Below are positions 17,953 to 27,009 of a stretch of DNA of 64,000 nt, piece by piece; within the stretch, counting starts at the first letter, position 1, and each line of letters starts with the position of its first letter. The position numbers and the translations under genes are program-made. The notes beneath the pieces were generated by a model. That model was not told the DNA's origin. It saw nothing but the letters and a program-made list of their open reading frames with translations, and made no database searches. The DNA comes from Candidatus Bathyarchaeota archaeon (GTDB lineage Archaea > Thermoproteota > Bathyarchaeia > Bathyarchaeales > Bathyarchaeaceae): the NCBI GenBank assembly GCA_963772765.1, contig CAVYYP010000004.1:4558-68557 (forward strand), written 5' to 3'.

Positions 17953-18290
17953 TATTCGTCTTCGGCTTTTGTGTAGATTTCTAGTGCCTTCACTGGACCG
18001 TCTATTACCCGTGCAGTATGAGGGATTTTGGCGGGAACAAACATGCAGTCTTTCTGTTTCAGAATTTGGTTATGGTCATCAAACAAGAACTCTATTGTGC
18101 CCTCTAAAACAACGACCAGATGCTCCACAGGATGTTCATGCAAAGGAATATTGACGTCTTGATTTTTTAGTTCAAAGTAGTTCATTGTTAAATCGTTTCC
18201 GTGAACAAGGCGAACAAGAACGTCTTTGTAGAGTTCTTTGGATGCTAAAGAATCCAAGTTGAACGGAATCATAGGAGTCACTTCAAGCAT
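17940..18290 (-). CDS. Cupin domain protein
   Basis: HEHPVEHLVVVLEGTIEF...VPAKIPHTA is a cupin_2 two-motif pattern. Confidence 0.65.
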   Translation of the reverse strand: MLEVTPMIPFNLDSLASKELYKDVLVRLVHGNDLTMNYFELKNQDVNIPLHEHPVEHLVVVLEGTIEFLFDDHNQILKQKDCMFVPAKIPHTARVIDGPVKALEIYTKAEDEYYNK

Positions 18291-18480
18291 AAATGGAGGC
18301 TTTGTTTATGTGTGTTACGTCTTTGCGTATGTTTTGTTTTTTCCGTTAAGTCCTTGTCAAAAGTTTATTTGTTCACATTTTTTGACAAAATTCTGTTCAA
18401 GGAGCCCATAAGTCAATTTGAGAGTTTAAACTAAAATCAAAAACTTTAAATCTTAAATCAATACTTTAAAAAAGTCAATT

Positions 18481-18582
18481 GGATGGTTGGGACTCGGAGA
18501 ACCACCCCCATTCTCTCTTCGCCAAGAGATTTACCCGCTCTGTGGGCGAACTGCGTGCAATGCGACGTGCTCCCAACCATTT
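18481..18582 (+). ncRNA. Candidate structured RNA (four-way junction), copy 1 of a two-member family; function unknown
   Basis: G+C-rich island with a 10-bp closing helix (18483-18492 / 18571-18580) and three hairpins. TATA-like TTTAAATC lies at 18445-18452 and U-runs follow. It is homologous to the reverse complement of 39209-39322. Confidence 0.6.
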
Positions 18583-18667
18583 CAAGCAATTTTTGAAGAA
18601 AATATCGGAAAGTTTATTTTGTTTAAGATTTGTTTTCCCGTACACAACGTGTCCGCTAAAAAATGTG

Positions 18668-19615
18668 ATGTCCTTCATGATTTACGATAACTGCAATCGT
18701 CCTGTTCTCAATCTGAGAATTTCTGTAACCCAAAAATGTGACAAACATTGCCCTTACTGCCACAGGGAAGGCGAAAGAGAACCCACAACGCTCATGACAG
18801 TAAAAGAGATTCTTCGCATAGTCAGGATAGCAATCAGTCTAGGAATCTCCAGAGTTAAACTCACAGGAGGAGAACCACTTCTTCGCAAAGAAATCGTTGA
18901 AATTGTCAAAGGAATAACTGCCCTAGAGGGCTTGACCGACCTGTCAATGACCACTAACGGCACCCACCTAAAAGGATTGGCAAAAGACTTGAAGGTTGCG
19001 GGACTGGAAAGAGTAAACGTGAGCCTTCCTACGTTAGACCATAAGGTGTACAGTGAAGTCATGGGAGGCAATCTGCAGGATGCTCTTGATGGCATTAAAG
19101 CTGCCGTAGATGCCGGACTAAAGCCAGTGAAGGTGAACATGCTGCTTCTCAAAGAGATAAATGACCAAGAAGTGGAAAAGATGATGCATTTTGCCGCGCA
19201 GACAGGAACAATTTTGCAGATGATTGAATTGGAACCAATTAATCTTGGTAAAGGATACTATGAGAGCCATCATCTTAGCCTAGACAAGGTTGAAGACAAA
19301 CTGGAAAAGGTGGCTGTGGAAAAACGGGTTCGAAAGTTTATGCAAAAAAGACGGGTATATACTTTGCCTGATGTGAAGGTTGAGCTTATTCGTCCAATAG
19401 AGAATACAGAGTTTTGTGCCAGCTGCACACGCATTCGTGTAACTAGCGATGGAAAAATTAAGCCATGTCTTATGAGATCAGATAATTTGGTGGATTTTCT
19501 CACGCCCATGCGAAACGGAGCAGACGACAAAAAAATTTCGGAAATATTTATTGAAGCTGTGAAAAAGCGTGAACCATACTATAAAGTTGCAAAGGCATCT
19601 AAAACTGAAACTTGA
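18668..19615 (+). CDS. moaA: GTP 3',8-cyclase MoaA (radical SAM)
   Basis: LRISVTQKCDKHCPYCH (CxxxCxxC), KLTGGEPLLR and the C-terminal CASCTRIRVTSDGKIKPCL. The likely start is ATG 18668; the ORF track start at 18479 covers the RNA element. Confidence 0.85.
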   Translation: MSFMIYDNCNRPVLNLRISVTQKCDKHCPYCHREGEREPTTLMTVKEILRIVRIAISLGISRVKLTGGEPLLRKEIVEIVKGITALEGLTDLSMTTNGTHLKGLAKDLKVAGLERVNVSLPTLDHKVYSEVMGGNLQDALDGIKAAVDAGLKPVKVNMLLLKEINDQEVEKMMHFAAQTGTILQMIELEPINLGKGYYESHHLSLDKVEDKLEKVAVEKRVRKFMQKRRVYTLPDVKVELIRPIENTEFCASCTRIRVTSDGKIKPCLMRSDNLVDFLTPMRNGADDKKISEIFIEAVKKREPYYKVAKASKTET

Positions 19616-19703
19616 CCCAGACAGGTTTTTGTACGTGTTTTGATTCAGACAGATAATTGTTTTTAACATACCCAGCATCTGTATTTTGTGAGGAAATCGT
19701 TTG

Positions 19704-20855
19704 ATGTCAACTTCAGGTTCTAAGTGGAAATTTGCGTTTACACTAATTCTTGTCATCTTTGTCCTAAACACTGGAGTGCTGCTTGTTGCCTTTATTAATC
19801 AACAAAACATGCTTGAGTCAATCCAGACAACATTAAATGAACAGAAGACTGAACTTCAGGACCTTCAGAATCAGCTTGAAATTTTTGATGTACTAGAGGC
19901 TAGTGGAGTGACGCCTTGGCCTACAATTTATAATCAGCTTAAGGATTCGGTTGTTCTTATCCAAACCGACTTGGGGCTAGGCTCTGGATTTGTTTATGAC
20001 AAGCAGGGGCACATTGTTACTAATCATCATGTAATTGAGGATGCAGAAACTATTCAGGTCACGTTCTTGGATGGAAACATTACCTCGGCAACAATTGTTG
20101 GGATGGATATCTACAGCGACTTGGCAGTTATCAAGGTAGACCCGAAAGTTACTACAGTGAATCCTGTGGTGCTTGGCTCTTCTTCTGACCTAGCTGTGGG
20201 TGAACCTGTTGCCGCTATGGGCAATCCGTTTGGTCTTAGCGACACATTAACTGTTGGCATAGTTTCCTCTCTTCAGAGAACACTAGACGCCACCGGCGGA
20301 TACGTGATCATAGACATTATCCAGATTGATGCAGCAGTGAATCCAGGAAATTCTGGCGGTCCATTAGTCAACATCAAGGGTCAGGTTGTGGGCGTAAACT
20401 CTGCCATACAATCAGAAACGGGCTTGTTTACTGGAATAGGTTTTGCCATTCCATCAGACACTGTCAAACGTGAAATCGATGACCTAATAGAAAACGGAGA
20501 ATACAGGCATCCGTGGCTGGGAATCTCGGCATTTGAAGTGGACATAGCGCTTGCGGATGCAATTGGCTTGGAGAAGCCTCAAGGTCTTCTTGTAGTTAAT
20601 GTGACGTCTGGAAGTCCAGCAGACCAAGCAGGACTAAGAGGCGGAGACGAAGTTACCATTATTGATGGTCTAGAATTCAATCTTGGCGGAGACGTTATAA
20701 CAGAAGTTGATGGTGTTCCTGTGATTACGATGGCTGATCTGGCAGTGTACCTGGAACGAAACACCAAACCCGGAGATTCTATTGAATTGGGAGTTATCAG
20801 GGACGGTCAGCAACTCATGTTAGTTGTAAAGTTGGGTGAAAGACCCCTACCATAA
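19704..20855 (+). CDS. HtrA/DegP-family serine protease with PDZ domain, membrane-anchored
   Basis: IVTNHHVI (His), the DLAVIKV region (Asp) and GNSGGPLVN (Ser), with an N-terminal TM helix and a C-terminal PDZ. Confidence 0.85.
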   Translation: MSTSGSKWKFAFTLILVIFVLNTGVLLVAFINQQNMLESIQTTLNEQKTELQDLQNQLEIFDVLEASGVTPWPTIYNQLKDSVVLIQTDLGLGSGFVYDKQGHIVTNHHVIEDAETIQVTFLDGNITSATIVGMDIYSDLAVIKVDPKVTTVNPVVLGSSSDLAVGEPVAAMGNPFGLSDTLTVGIVSSLQRTLDATGGYVIIDIIQIDAAVNPGNSGGPLVNIKGQVVGVNSAIQSETGLFTGIGFAIPSDTVKREIDDLIENGEYRHPWLGISAFEVDIALADAIGLEKPQGLLVVNVTSGSPADQAGLRGGDEVTIIDGLEFNLGGDVITEVDGVPVITMADLAVYLERNTKPGDSIELGVIRDGQQLMLVVKLGERPLP

Positions 20856-20889
20856 AATGGTGAGTTGATTATAATTAGTTGTTTTCAGT

Positions 20890-21219
20890 TTAGAATAGGG
20901 TTTTTTGGGGACTTTTTTTGCCTTCCAGACATTGTGGGCATACACATTGAAAGGGAAGGTTTTTTGTTTCACAGAAGTCAGCATATTTGCATTCGGAACA
21001 TGGGAAGTCTTTGTTGCAGATTGAACAGTTTTGCATGAACTGGATTTCATCATTCAGAATGCTTGCGATAACATCGATGGCTTCTTCGATTTTGTCAAAA
21101 TTTTTTATGCTGAAAAGTCCTTTTTCGCGGTTGTATTCTAAGCCAAGTCTCATTAATCGAATAAATTTGTCGCGTTCAACTCGCGGAAGAACAAATCCTT
21201 TCTTATTCAGAGTCACCAT
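20890..21219 (-). CDS. Hypothetical Cys-rich (probable Zn-binding) protein downstream of the RFC genes
   Basis: The C-terminus CSICNKDFPCSECKYADFCETKNLPFQCVCPQC carries 9 Cys. The gene starts 15 nt after the rfcL stop on the same strand. Confidence 0.5.
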   Translation of the reverse strand: MVTLNKKGFVLPRVERDKFIRLMRLGLEYNREKGLFSIKNFDKIEEAIDVIASILNDEIQFMQNCSICNKDFPCSECKYADFCETKNLPFQCVCPQCLEGKKSPQKTLF

Positions 21220-21234
21220 TTTTTTATCACTTCA

Positions 21235-22464
21235 TTATAACGCGTTCATCTTTAGCAGAAAGTCTACTTCAGAAGGTTCCAGCTTGAGCCAAGAAACAAT
21301 TGGATTTGATTTTTGTTTCTTCAAAATTATTTTAATAAATGGAATGATGTCTGTTTTTGCAGTGTTTCGGGAAACATGGCATTTTAGGGCAATTTTTGCA
21401 CAAATATCTTCAAGTTGTGTTCGTTTGCCTTTTGTCCAAAAAAGCTTCATTATTCTCATTGGGGGATAGATGAAGTCAAACGGTTTGAACGATTTTGGGG
21501 AAACTGTGGTTGCTTCAGCGAGAAGATTGAAGAAATAGCGTAAAAGGTGCCAGTTTTCAGTTCCTACTCTGCCCCTGAATACGTCTGCTCTAGAAACAAG
21601 GTCATATGCATGGGCTAAATCCATTGAATCAGGGTATCGAAGAGGAAGGTTATCGCTAACTGATAGCAGAAAGTCGTCATAATTTACGCTTGAACGACTG
21701 ATTACCATTGCCGATTCTTTTGTTGATTGGGCTGAAAATACGCCTTTAAGGGTGTCATACATTCCGATGTCTTTGTTTCTGACTGTTAGAAATGCCGTGT
21801 CTTGAAGTTTTAGGAACCGTTTTCCTTCTGCTATGCTCTGTAAATCGTTTATTGCTGAACGCATATCTCCTAGACTGTTCTGAGCGATTCTTTCAAGAGC
21901 CTCAAACTCTGGCTGGATGTTTTCGGCAGCACAAATTTTTTTCAAGGTAGTAATTATCAAAGGTATCCGAACTTGATGAAAGCGTATCATCTTGCAAACT
22001 TTTTTCAGGGGTCTTAGTTTTTTGTTGTCAGTGTCGTTAGCAGCCATTACAACTGGAATAAGCGATTCTTTGACGATATTAATTATGGCTTTTATGCCTC
22101 CGCGGTCTTGTTGACCGAAGACGCCATCAACTTCATCCATAAACAGGATGTTTCCTTTGCGTTCAGTAGAGAAGGTGTCCAATGCGACAAAGGAGGTGGC
22201 AGGTTTTCCAATTTTGTTGATTGCTTTTTCTGTTCGAGTGTCGCTGGCGTTCATTTCGATAATTGTAAAGTTGAACTGGTTTGAGGCTGCATTAACTAAA
22301 GCGGTTTTTCCTACACCTGCAGGTCCATAAAGCAAAACTGCCTTCTTTTTGCGCTTTTTGTTCTGTAACCAGTTAATGAATTCAGTTTTTGCGAGCTCGT
22401 TGCCTACAACATCTGAAATCTTTTTTGGGCGATACTTTTCTACCCATAAAAGATCAGTCTTCAA
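21235..22464 (-). CDS. rfcL: Replication factor C large subunit
   Basis: LWVEKYRPKKISDVVGN and Walker A LLYGPAGVGKTA, with an AAA+ clamp-loader layout. Confidence 0.85.
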   Translation of the reverse strand: MKTDLLWVEKYRPKKISDVVGNELAKTEFINWLQNKKRKKKAVLLYGPAGVGKTALVNAASNQFNFTIIEMNASDTRTEKAINKIGKPATSFVALDTFSTERKGNILFMDEVDGVFGQQDRGGIKAIINIVKESLIPVVMAANDTDNKKLRPLKKVCKMIRFHQVRIPLIITTLKKICAAENIQPEFEALERIAQNSLGDMRSAINDLQSIAEGKRFLKLQDTAFLTVRNKDIGMYDTLKGVFSAQSTKESAMVISRSSVNYDDFLLSVSDNLPLRYPDSMDLAHAYDLVSRADVFRGRVGTENWHLLRYFFNLLAEATTVSPKSFKPFDFIYPPMRIMKLFWTKGKRTQLEDICAKIALKCHVSRNTAKTDIIPFIKIILKKQKSNPIVSWLKLEPSEVDFLLKMNAL

Positions 22465-22477
22465 TTACGTTCCCCTT

Positions 22478-23455
22478 TTAGTTTCCAAACTTTGAGAATT
22501 GAGCAAGTAATGCGCTCAGTTGTATGTCGCTGTTTGCGCCTTGTGTCAGGCGGTAATCATATTCTCCGATGATGTCTGTTAGTTCCGCTTTTTGGCTGTC
22601 AGAGAGATGAGGAACTTTGATTAGTTCTCTTTGCATTTGGCGGACTATTTCTGATCCTGAAAAACCGTACTGTCCGATTAGGTCATACATCATTTTTCGT
22701 GCTTCTACAAAGTTGCCGCTGAGCGCTTTGTTAAGCATCATTTGCACCTGTCTTGGGCTTGCTTCACCAAACACTTGAAGAACAGTTTCCTCGTCTATGA
22801 CGTCTTTCTGGTACGCGGCGGTGGTTTGTAATGCGTTGATTGCATGCCGTAAGTCCCCTTCAGAGTAGTCTACAATTCTTTCTGCGGCTTCATCCAACAA
22901 TTTTAGATGTTCTTTGCTTGCAATTTTCTTGAGGTGTTCTACCATTGCAGTTTTGTCTAGTTTTGAAAAACGAAATATGGCACAGCGACTTTGAATTGGT
23001 TCTATAATCTTGTTGGAATAGTTACAAATCAGGATGAATCGACTTGTTCGAGAACTGGTTTCCATTATTCTTCTAAGTGCAGTTTGTGCAGGTCCAGTCA
23101 TTTGGTCGCTTTCATCCAGTATTATGAGAGAAAATGGTGCGTCTCCAAAACCGGTTCGAGCGTAACGCGAGAAATCTTTGATTCGGTCTCGTACCGTGTT
23201 GATTCCGCGTTCATCAGATGCGTTCAATTCTAGTGTAAATGATTTCCATTTTTCTCCATACAGTTCGCGGGCAATACACAGGGCAACAGTTGTTTTTCCA
23301 GTTCCAGGTATTCCTGCTAAAAGTAGATGTGGCATTGAGTGTGGATTTTTTAGAAAAGCTTTCAGGCTTGCCACAACATTATTGAGATCAACAATTTCAT
23401 CAAGTGTCTTTGGGCGATATTTTTCAACCCACATAATATCCTCATTGACAGACAT
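22478..23455 (-). CDS. rfcS: Replication factor C small subunit
   Basis: MWVEKYRPKTLDEIV, GIPGTGKTT, ILDESD and the SRC motif (QSRCAIFRF). The likely start is MSVNEDIMW. Confidence 0.9.
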   Translation of the reverse strand: MSVNEDIMWVEKYRPKTLDEIVDLNNVVASLKAFLKNPHSMPHLLLAGIPGTGKTTVALCIARELYGEKWKSFTLELNASDERGINTVRDRIKDFSRYARTGFGDAPFSLIILDESDQMTGPAQTALRRIMETSSRTSRFILICNYSNKIIEPIQSRCAIFRFSKLDKTAMVEHLKKIASKEHLKLLDEAAERIVDYSEGDLRHAINALQTTAAYQKDVIDEETVLQVFGEASPRQVQMMLNKALSGNFVEARKMMYDLIGQYGFSGSEIVRQMQRELIKVPHLSDSQKAELTDIIGEYDYRLTQGANSDIQLSALLAQFSKFGN

Positions 23456-23601
23456 AACTAATGCTCCAGTAACCGTGGACAAGTAACGTGCCATTTAACT
23501 ATAAAGTGTTTTTCTATACGCGCTCTCAATAACGGTACAACCTTGAAATAGATAGAAACAATCATTCTCCGAAAGATTTTCTGTTTCCAGATATCATTTT
23601 T

Positions 23602-24153
23602 TTATTTTGCGAAGCCGTAGGTTCCAACTTTTTTGTTTAGGTTCCAGTATTCACCGAGGTTGTAAACAAATGGGTCAGCTTTAGTGAAATCAATATGACC
23701 ATTTTTATCCAGAACTACCTCGTCAACATGGACTTGAACAATTTCTCCGATAAATAGGTCATGTGCACCCAACGAAACAATCTCTTTTAGTTTGCATTCT
23801 AGGTTTACTGGACACTCTTGAATAAGTGGCGCTTTGACTATGTCCGCTTTTTCTGCAGTTAACCCAGTTTTGGCGAATTTGTCTACTTTTTTCCCTGATT
23901 TCATCCCGCAATAGTCGCTTTCTTTGATAATTTTTGTTGAAGGAATGTTTACAACAAATTCTTTGGTTTCCGAAATCAAGCCATGCGAATATCTTGACGG
24001 TCTGATACCTAATCCTACCATTGGCGGCTCAGAGCACACTGTTCCAGCCCACGCCAAAGTGATAATGTTAGGTTTTCCCATCGAATCTACACATGTTACA
24101 AGAACAACTGGGCACGTAAACAACGCAGTATAAGGACTCTGTTTAACTTTCAT
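23602..24153 (-). CDS. Flavin reductase-like (flavoredoxin) FMN-binding split-barrel protein
   Basis: CPVVLVTCVDSMGKPNIITLAWAGTVCSEPPMVGLGIRPSRYSHGLI matches the Flavin_Reduct family pattern. Confidence 0.6.
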   Translation of the reverse strand: MKVKQSPYTALFTCPVVLVTCVDSMGKPNIITLAWAGTVCSEPPMVGLGIRPSRYSHGLISETKEFVVNIPSTKIIKESDYCGMKSGKKVDKFAKTGLTAEKADIVKAPLIQECPVNLECKLKEIVSLGAHDLFIGEIVQVHVDEVVLDKNGHIDFTKADPFVYNLGEYWNLNKKVGTYGFAK

Positions 24154-24377
24154 AAAACATCCCATAACAATGATACCCAAATACCCAAATTAAACATTTA
24201 GACAGCTAACCACAAAATAGCCAAACTACATTATAACCCAACTGTTAACGGCTAAATTTAGTCCTAAAAGTTGAAAAAATCGACGGGTTATCCATGATTG
24301 TTTTGTAATTTTTCGTTTAATTATAGTTTTATACCTGTCTGCCACATTGTTGTTGGGGCGGAACCTCTGCCAAAGGA

Positions 24378-24959
24378 ATGTTGAGATTGTCCACTGACCC
24401 TGTGAAAGCCATTAAAGACGCTGATTTCGTCTTTGAAAACATGCCTGTTAAGGTAGTGGCAAACAGGAACAGCCCCGAAATTGAGCTTCCCGGAATAAAA
24501 GTTGGACCTTTCAAAGAGGGAAAAGAGTATGAGGTCAGATTGTGGATTGCAACCGAACTGAAAAAGGCGGGAATAGCTCGTATCCGCATGGAAGACCCCC
24601 TCACTTTGATGATGTTAAACAAGATTCACTGGAAAGAACGCGTTCAAACTTCCCAGAAACTCACATCTCTTCCCGAAAACTTTTATCCTAAACTTCGACG
24701 TTTTCTCCAAGACCTAAATGATGAAGCCATAAAGAAGCCAGAGAAAAGAAGCGATGTTGACAAGGCAATAAACTTGTCTAAGGACATAATCAGGATGAGG
24801 TTGAAAAAGATAATTTCTTTGGCTTCTTCAGGAGATAAAACCTCAGAGATCCGTCATGGCTTAACAAAAGAAGAAACTGATGTTTATGGTAGTTTGCACA
24901 AGATTATTAGTGAGTGGCATGATGAGATTCTGAAAACGCAGGGAGAAGAAAGAACATGA
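24378..24959 (+). CDS. GINS complex subunit
   Basis: Size, position immediately upstream of mcm (ATGA overlap) and the EVRLWIATELKKAGIARI block fit archaeal GINS. Confidence 0.55.
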   Translation: MLRLSTDPVKAIKDADFVFENMPVKVVANRNSPEIELPGIKVGPFKEGKEYEVRLWIATELKKAGIARIRMEDPLTLMMLNKIHWKERVQTSQKLTSLPENFYPKLRRFLQDLNDEAIKKPEKRSDVDKAINLSKDIIRMRLKKIISLASSGDKTSEIRHGLTKEETDVYGSLHKIISEWHDEILKTQGEERT

Positions 24960-26992
24960 CCGAAGAATCTTTGACAGCAGATCCTGAAACTCTTTTTCTG
25001 GATTTTTTCAAGAATGAAAAATACCGTGAACGACTCTCTGTTATGGCAATTTCTGGACAAAAATCGTTCACTGTAGACTTTGAGGAGCTCCTGGCGTCTG
25101 AACCTAAACTTGCCCAGCAGCTAATGGACAAACCCGACGAGTTCCTAGAATATGCAAACCGAGCAGCAAAAGCACAACTGCAAATAGAGGAAACAGAATA
25201 CTCCGAAGAAATCCAGAACGTCACAGTTCGGTTCCGTGGACTACCTGAAGCCACGCCTTTGCGAATTCTGGGCTCAAAACATATCGGAAAACTTGTCATG
25301 CTAGAGGGCATTGTTGTGCGCGCCAGCCCCGCCCGACCAATGGTCATGGAAGCAGCATTTAAATGCAAATGGTGTGGTGCAATGTCTAATGTTACTCAAT
25401 CGGGTCCATTTTTGACAGCACCACCTGCGTGTAGTGCGCCTGAGTGTAGAAGAAAAAGTTCTTTTGATTTTATCCAAGAAGAGTCCACATTTATTGATAC
25501 TCAGGATGTTCGTATTCAGGAGCGCCCAGAGGATCTTCCTCCGGGTCAGCTTCCAAGATGGCTAGATATCAAACTTCTTGAAAGAGACCTTGTAGATTCT
25601 GCAAGACCAGGAGATCATGTTGCTGTTGTTGGAGTTACGCGTGCGGTTGCGGCGCGGCTTCCTAAGGTTGGGCAGCTTCGTTCATTCAGGTTGCATCTGG
25701 ACACTAACCATATTGATGTGGAAAGTAAAGAGCCAGAGAAGGTTCTTATTTCTCCAGAAGAGGAAAAACAGATTCTTGAACTGTCAAAGGATCCTGAAAT
25801 TCATAATAAGATTATTCATTCTTTGGCGCCGTCCGTGTATGGATATGAGCACATCAAAGAGGCTATCATGTATCTTCTCTTTGGTGGAACCGCAAAACAT
25901 TTTCCAGATATCACTATCCGTGGAAATCTTAACGTTCTGATGCTGGGAGATCCCGGAACAGCCAAATCTCAGCTACTTCAGTACGTGTCTAAGATTGCGC
26001 CTCGTGGCTTGTATACTTCTGGTCGTGGAACCACTGCTGCAGGATTGACTGCTGCTGTTCTTCGTGACAAGGCAGGCGGCATGACTCTTGAAGCCGGAGC
26101 ACTCGTATTAGCTGATCAGGGTGTGGCTGCCATAGACGAGATGGACAAGATGCGAACAGAAGACCGAGTAGCCATTCACGAGGTAATGGAGCAGCATACT
26201 GTTTCGATAGCTAAGGGTGGTATCGTAGCAACTTTGAATGCCAGAACATCTATTTTGGCTGCGGCTAACCCAACACTGGGCAGATATGACCCATACAGGA
26301 CAGTTGGGGAGAATATTTCGCTTCCAGTTACTATCCTTTCAAGGTTTGACCTGATTTTCGTTTTAAGGGATGTTCCTGAAAGGACCAAAGACGAACTGAT
26401 GACTGAACACATCCTTGACCTTCACAGGCGAGGAATAGTTCCAACTGAAGCTCCTATAGAGGCTGATCTTTTCCGAAAATATGTCAGCTACGCCAAGAAT
26501 GTGAAACCGCAGCTTACAAGGGAGGCTTTGGATTCTTTGAAGGAGTTTTATTTGCGTATGCGTTCTGCCAGCGAGACTGAGGGTACTCCTGTTGCTATTA
26601 CTGCTCGTCAGTTGGAGTCTTTGGTTCGTTTGGCTGAGGCTAGGGCTCGTGTTGCTCTTAGGGAGAACGTTACTCTTGAGGATGCGGAGCGGGCTGTTGA
26701 GATTATGAAGATTTCTCTGGAGCAGGTTGGAATTGACATGTCGTCTCAGAAATTTGATATTGACATCATTATGACAGGCAAGCCCAAGAGTTTGCGTGAC
26801 AGGCTCTCCATAATCTTGGGAGTCATTACCAGTATGGAAAAGGAGACGGGAATGGTAGACAAAGAGCGACTAGTGGAGAGGTTGCAAACAGAGTATGACA
26901 TACTTGCTGGAGAGGCAGAGCGTCTTATTGGGCAGATGCTAAAAGAGGGAACACTTTTTGCGCCACGGGACGGTTTCCTAAAGAAGACATGA
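24956..26992 (+). CDS. mcm: Minichromosome maintenance helicase MCM
   Basis: Zn motif CKWC...C..PEC, Walker A GDPGTAKSQ, Walker B AAIDEMDKM and arginine finger SRFDLIF. Confidence 0.95.
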   Translation: MTEESLTADPETLFLDFFKNEKYRERLSVMAISGQKSFTVDFEELLASEPKLAQQLMDKPDEFLEYANRAAKAQLQIEETEYSEEIQNVTVRFRGLPEATPLRILGSKHIGKLVMLEGIVVRASPARPMVMEAAFKCKWCGAMSNVTQSGPFLTAPPACSAPECRRKSSFDFIQEESTFIDTQDVRIQERPEDLPPGQLPRWLDIKLLERDLVDSARPGDHVAVVGVTRAVAARLPKVGQLRSFRLHLDTNHIDVESKEPEKVLISPEEEKQILELSKDPEIHNKIIHSLAPSVYGYEHIKEAIMYLLFGGTAKHFPDITIRGNLNVLMLGDPGTAKSQLLQYVSKIAPRGLYTSGRGTTAAGLTAAVLRDKAGGMTLEAGALVLADQGVAAIDEMDKMRTEDRVAIHEVMEQHTVSIAKGGIVATLNARTSILAAANPTLGRYDPYRTVGENISLPVTILSRFDLIFVLRDVPERTKDELMTEHILDLHRRGIVPTEAPIEADLFRKYVSYAKNVKPQLTREALDSLKEFYLRMRSASETEGTPVAITARQLESLVRLAEARARVALRENVTLEDAERAVEIMKISLEQVGIDMSSQKFDIDIIMTGKPKSLRDRLSIILGVITSMEKETGMVDKERLVERLQTEYDILAGEAERLIGQMLKEGTLFAPRDGFLKKT

Positions 26993-27009
26993 GCTAAAGG
27001 GCAACTACA

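Noticed and set aside
18481-18582. The G+C-rich element upstream of moaA as a Moco (molybdenum cofactor) riboswitch.
   Set aside because: The position is suggestive. However, its clear homologue at 39209-39322 sits between convergent genes with no downstream ORF, and I could not align either copy to what I recall of the Moco motif consensus. It is kept only as an alternative to be tested with cmsearch (RF01055).
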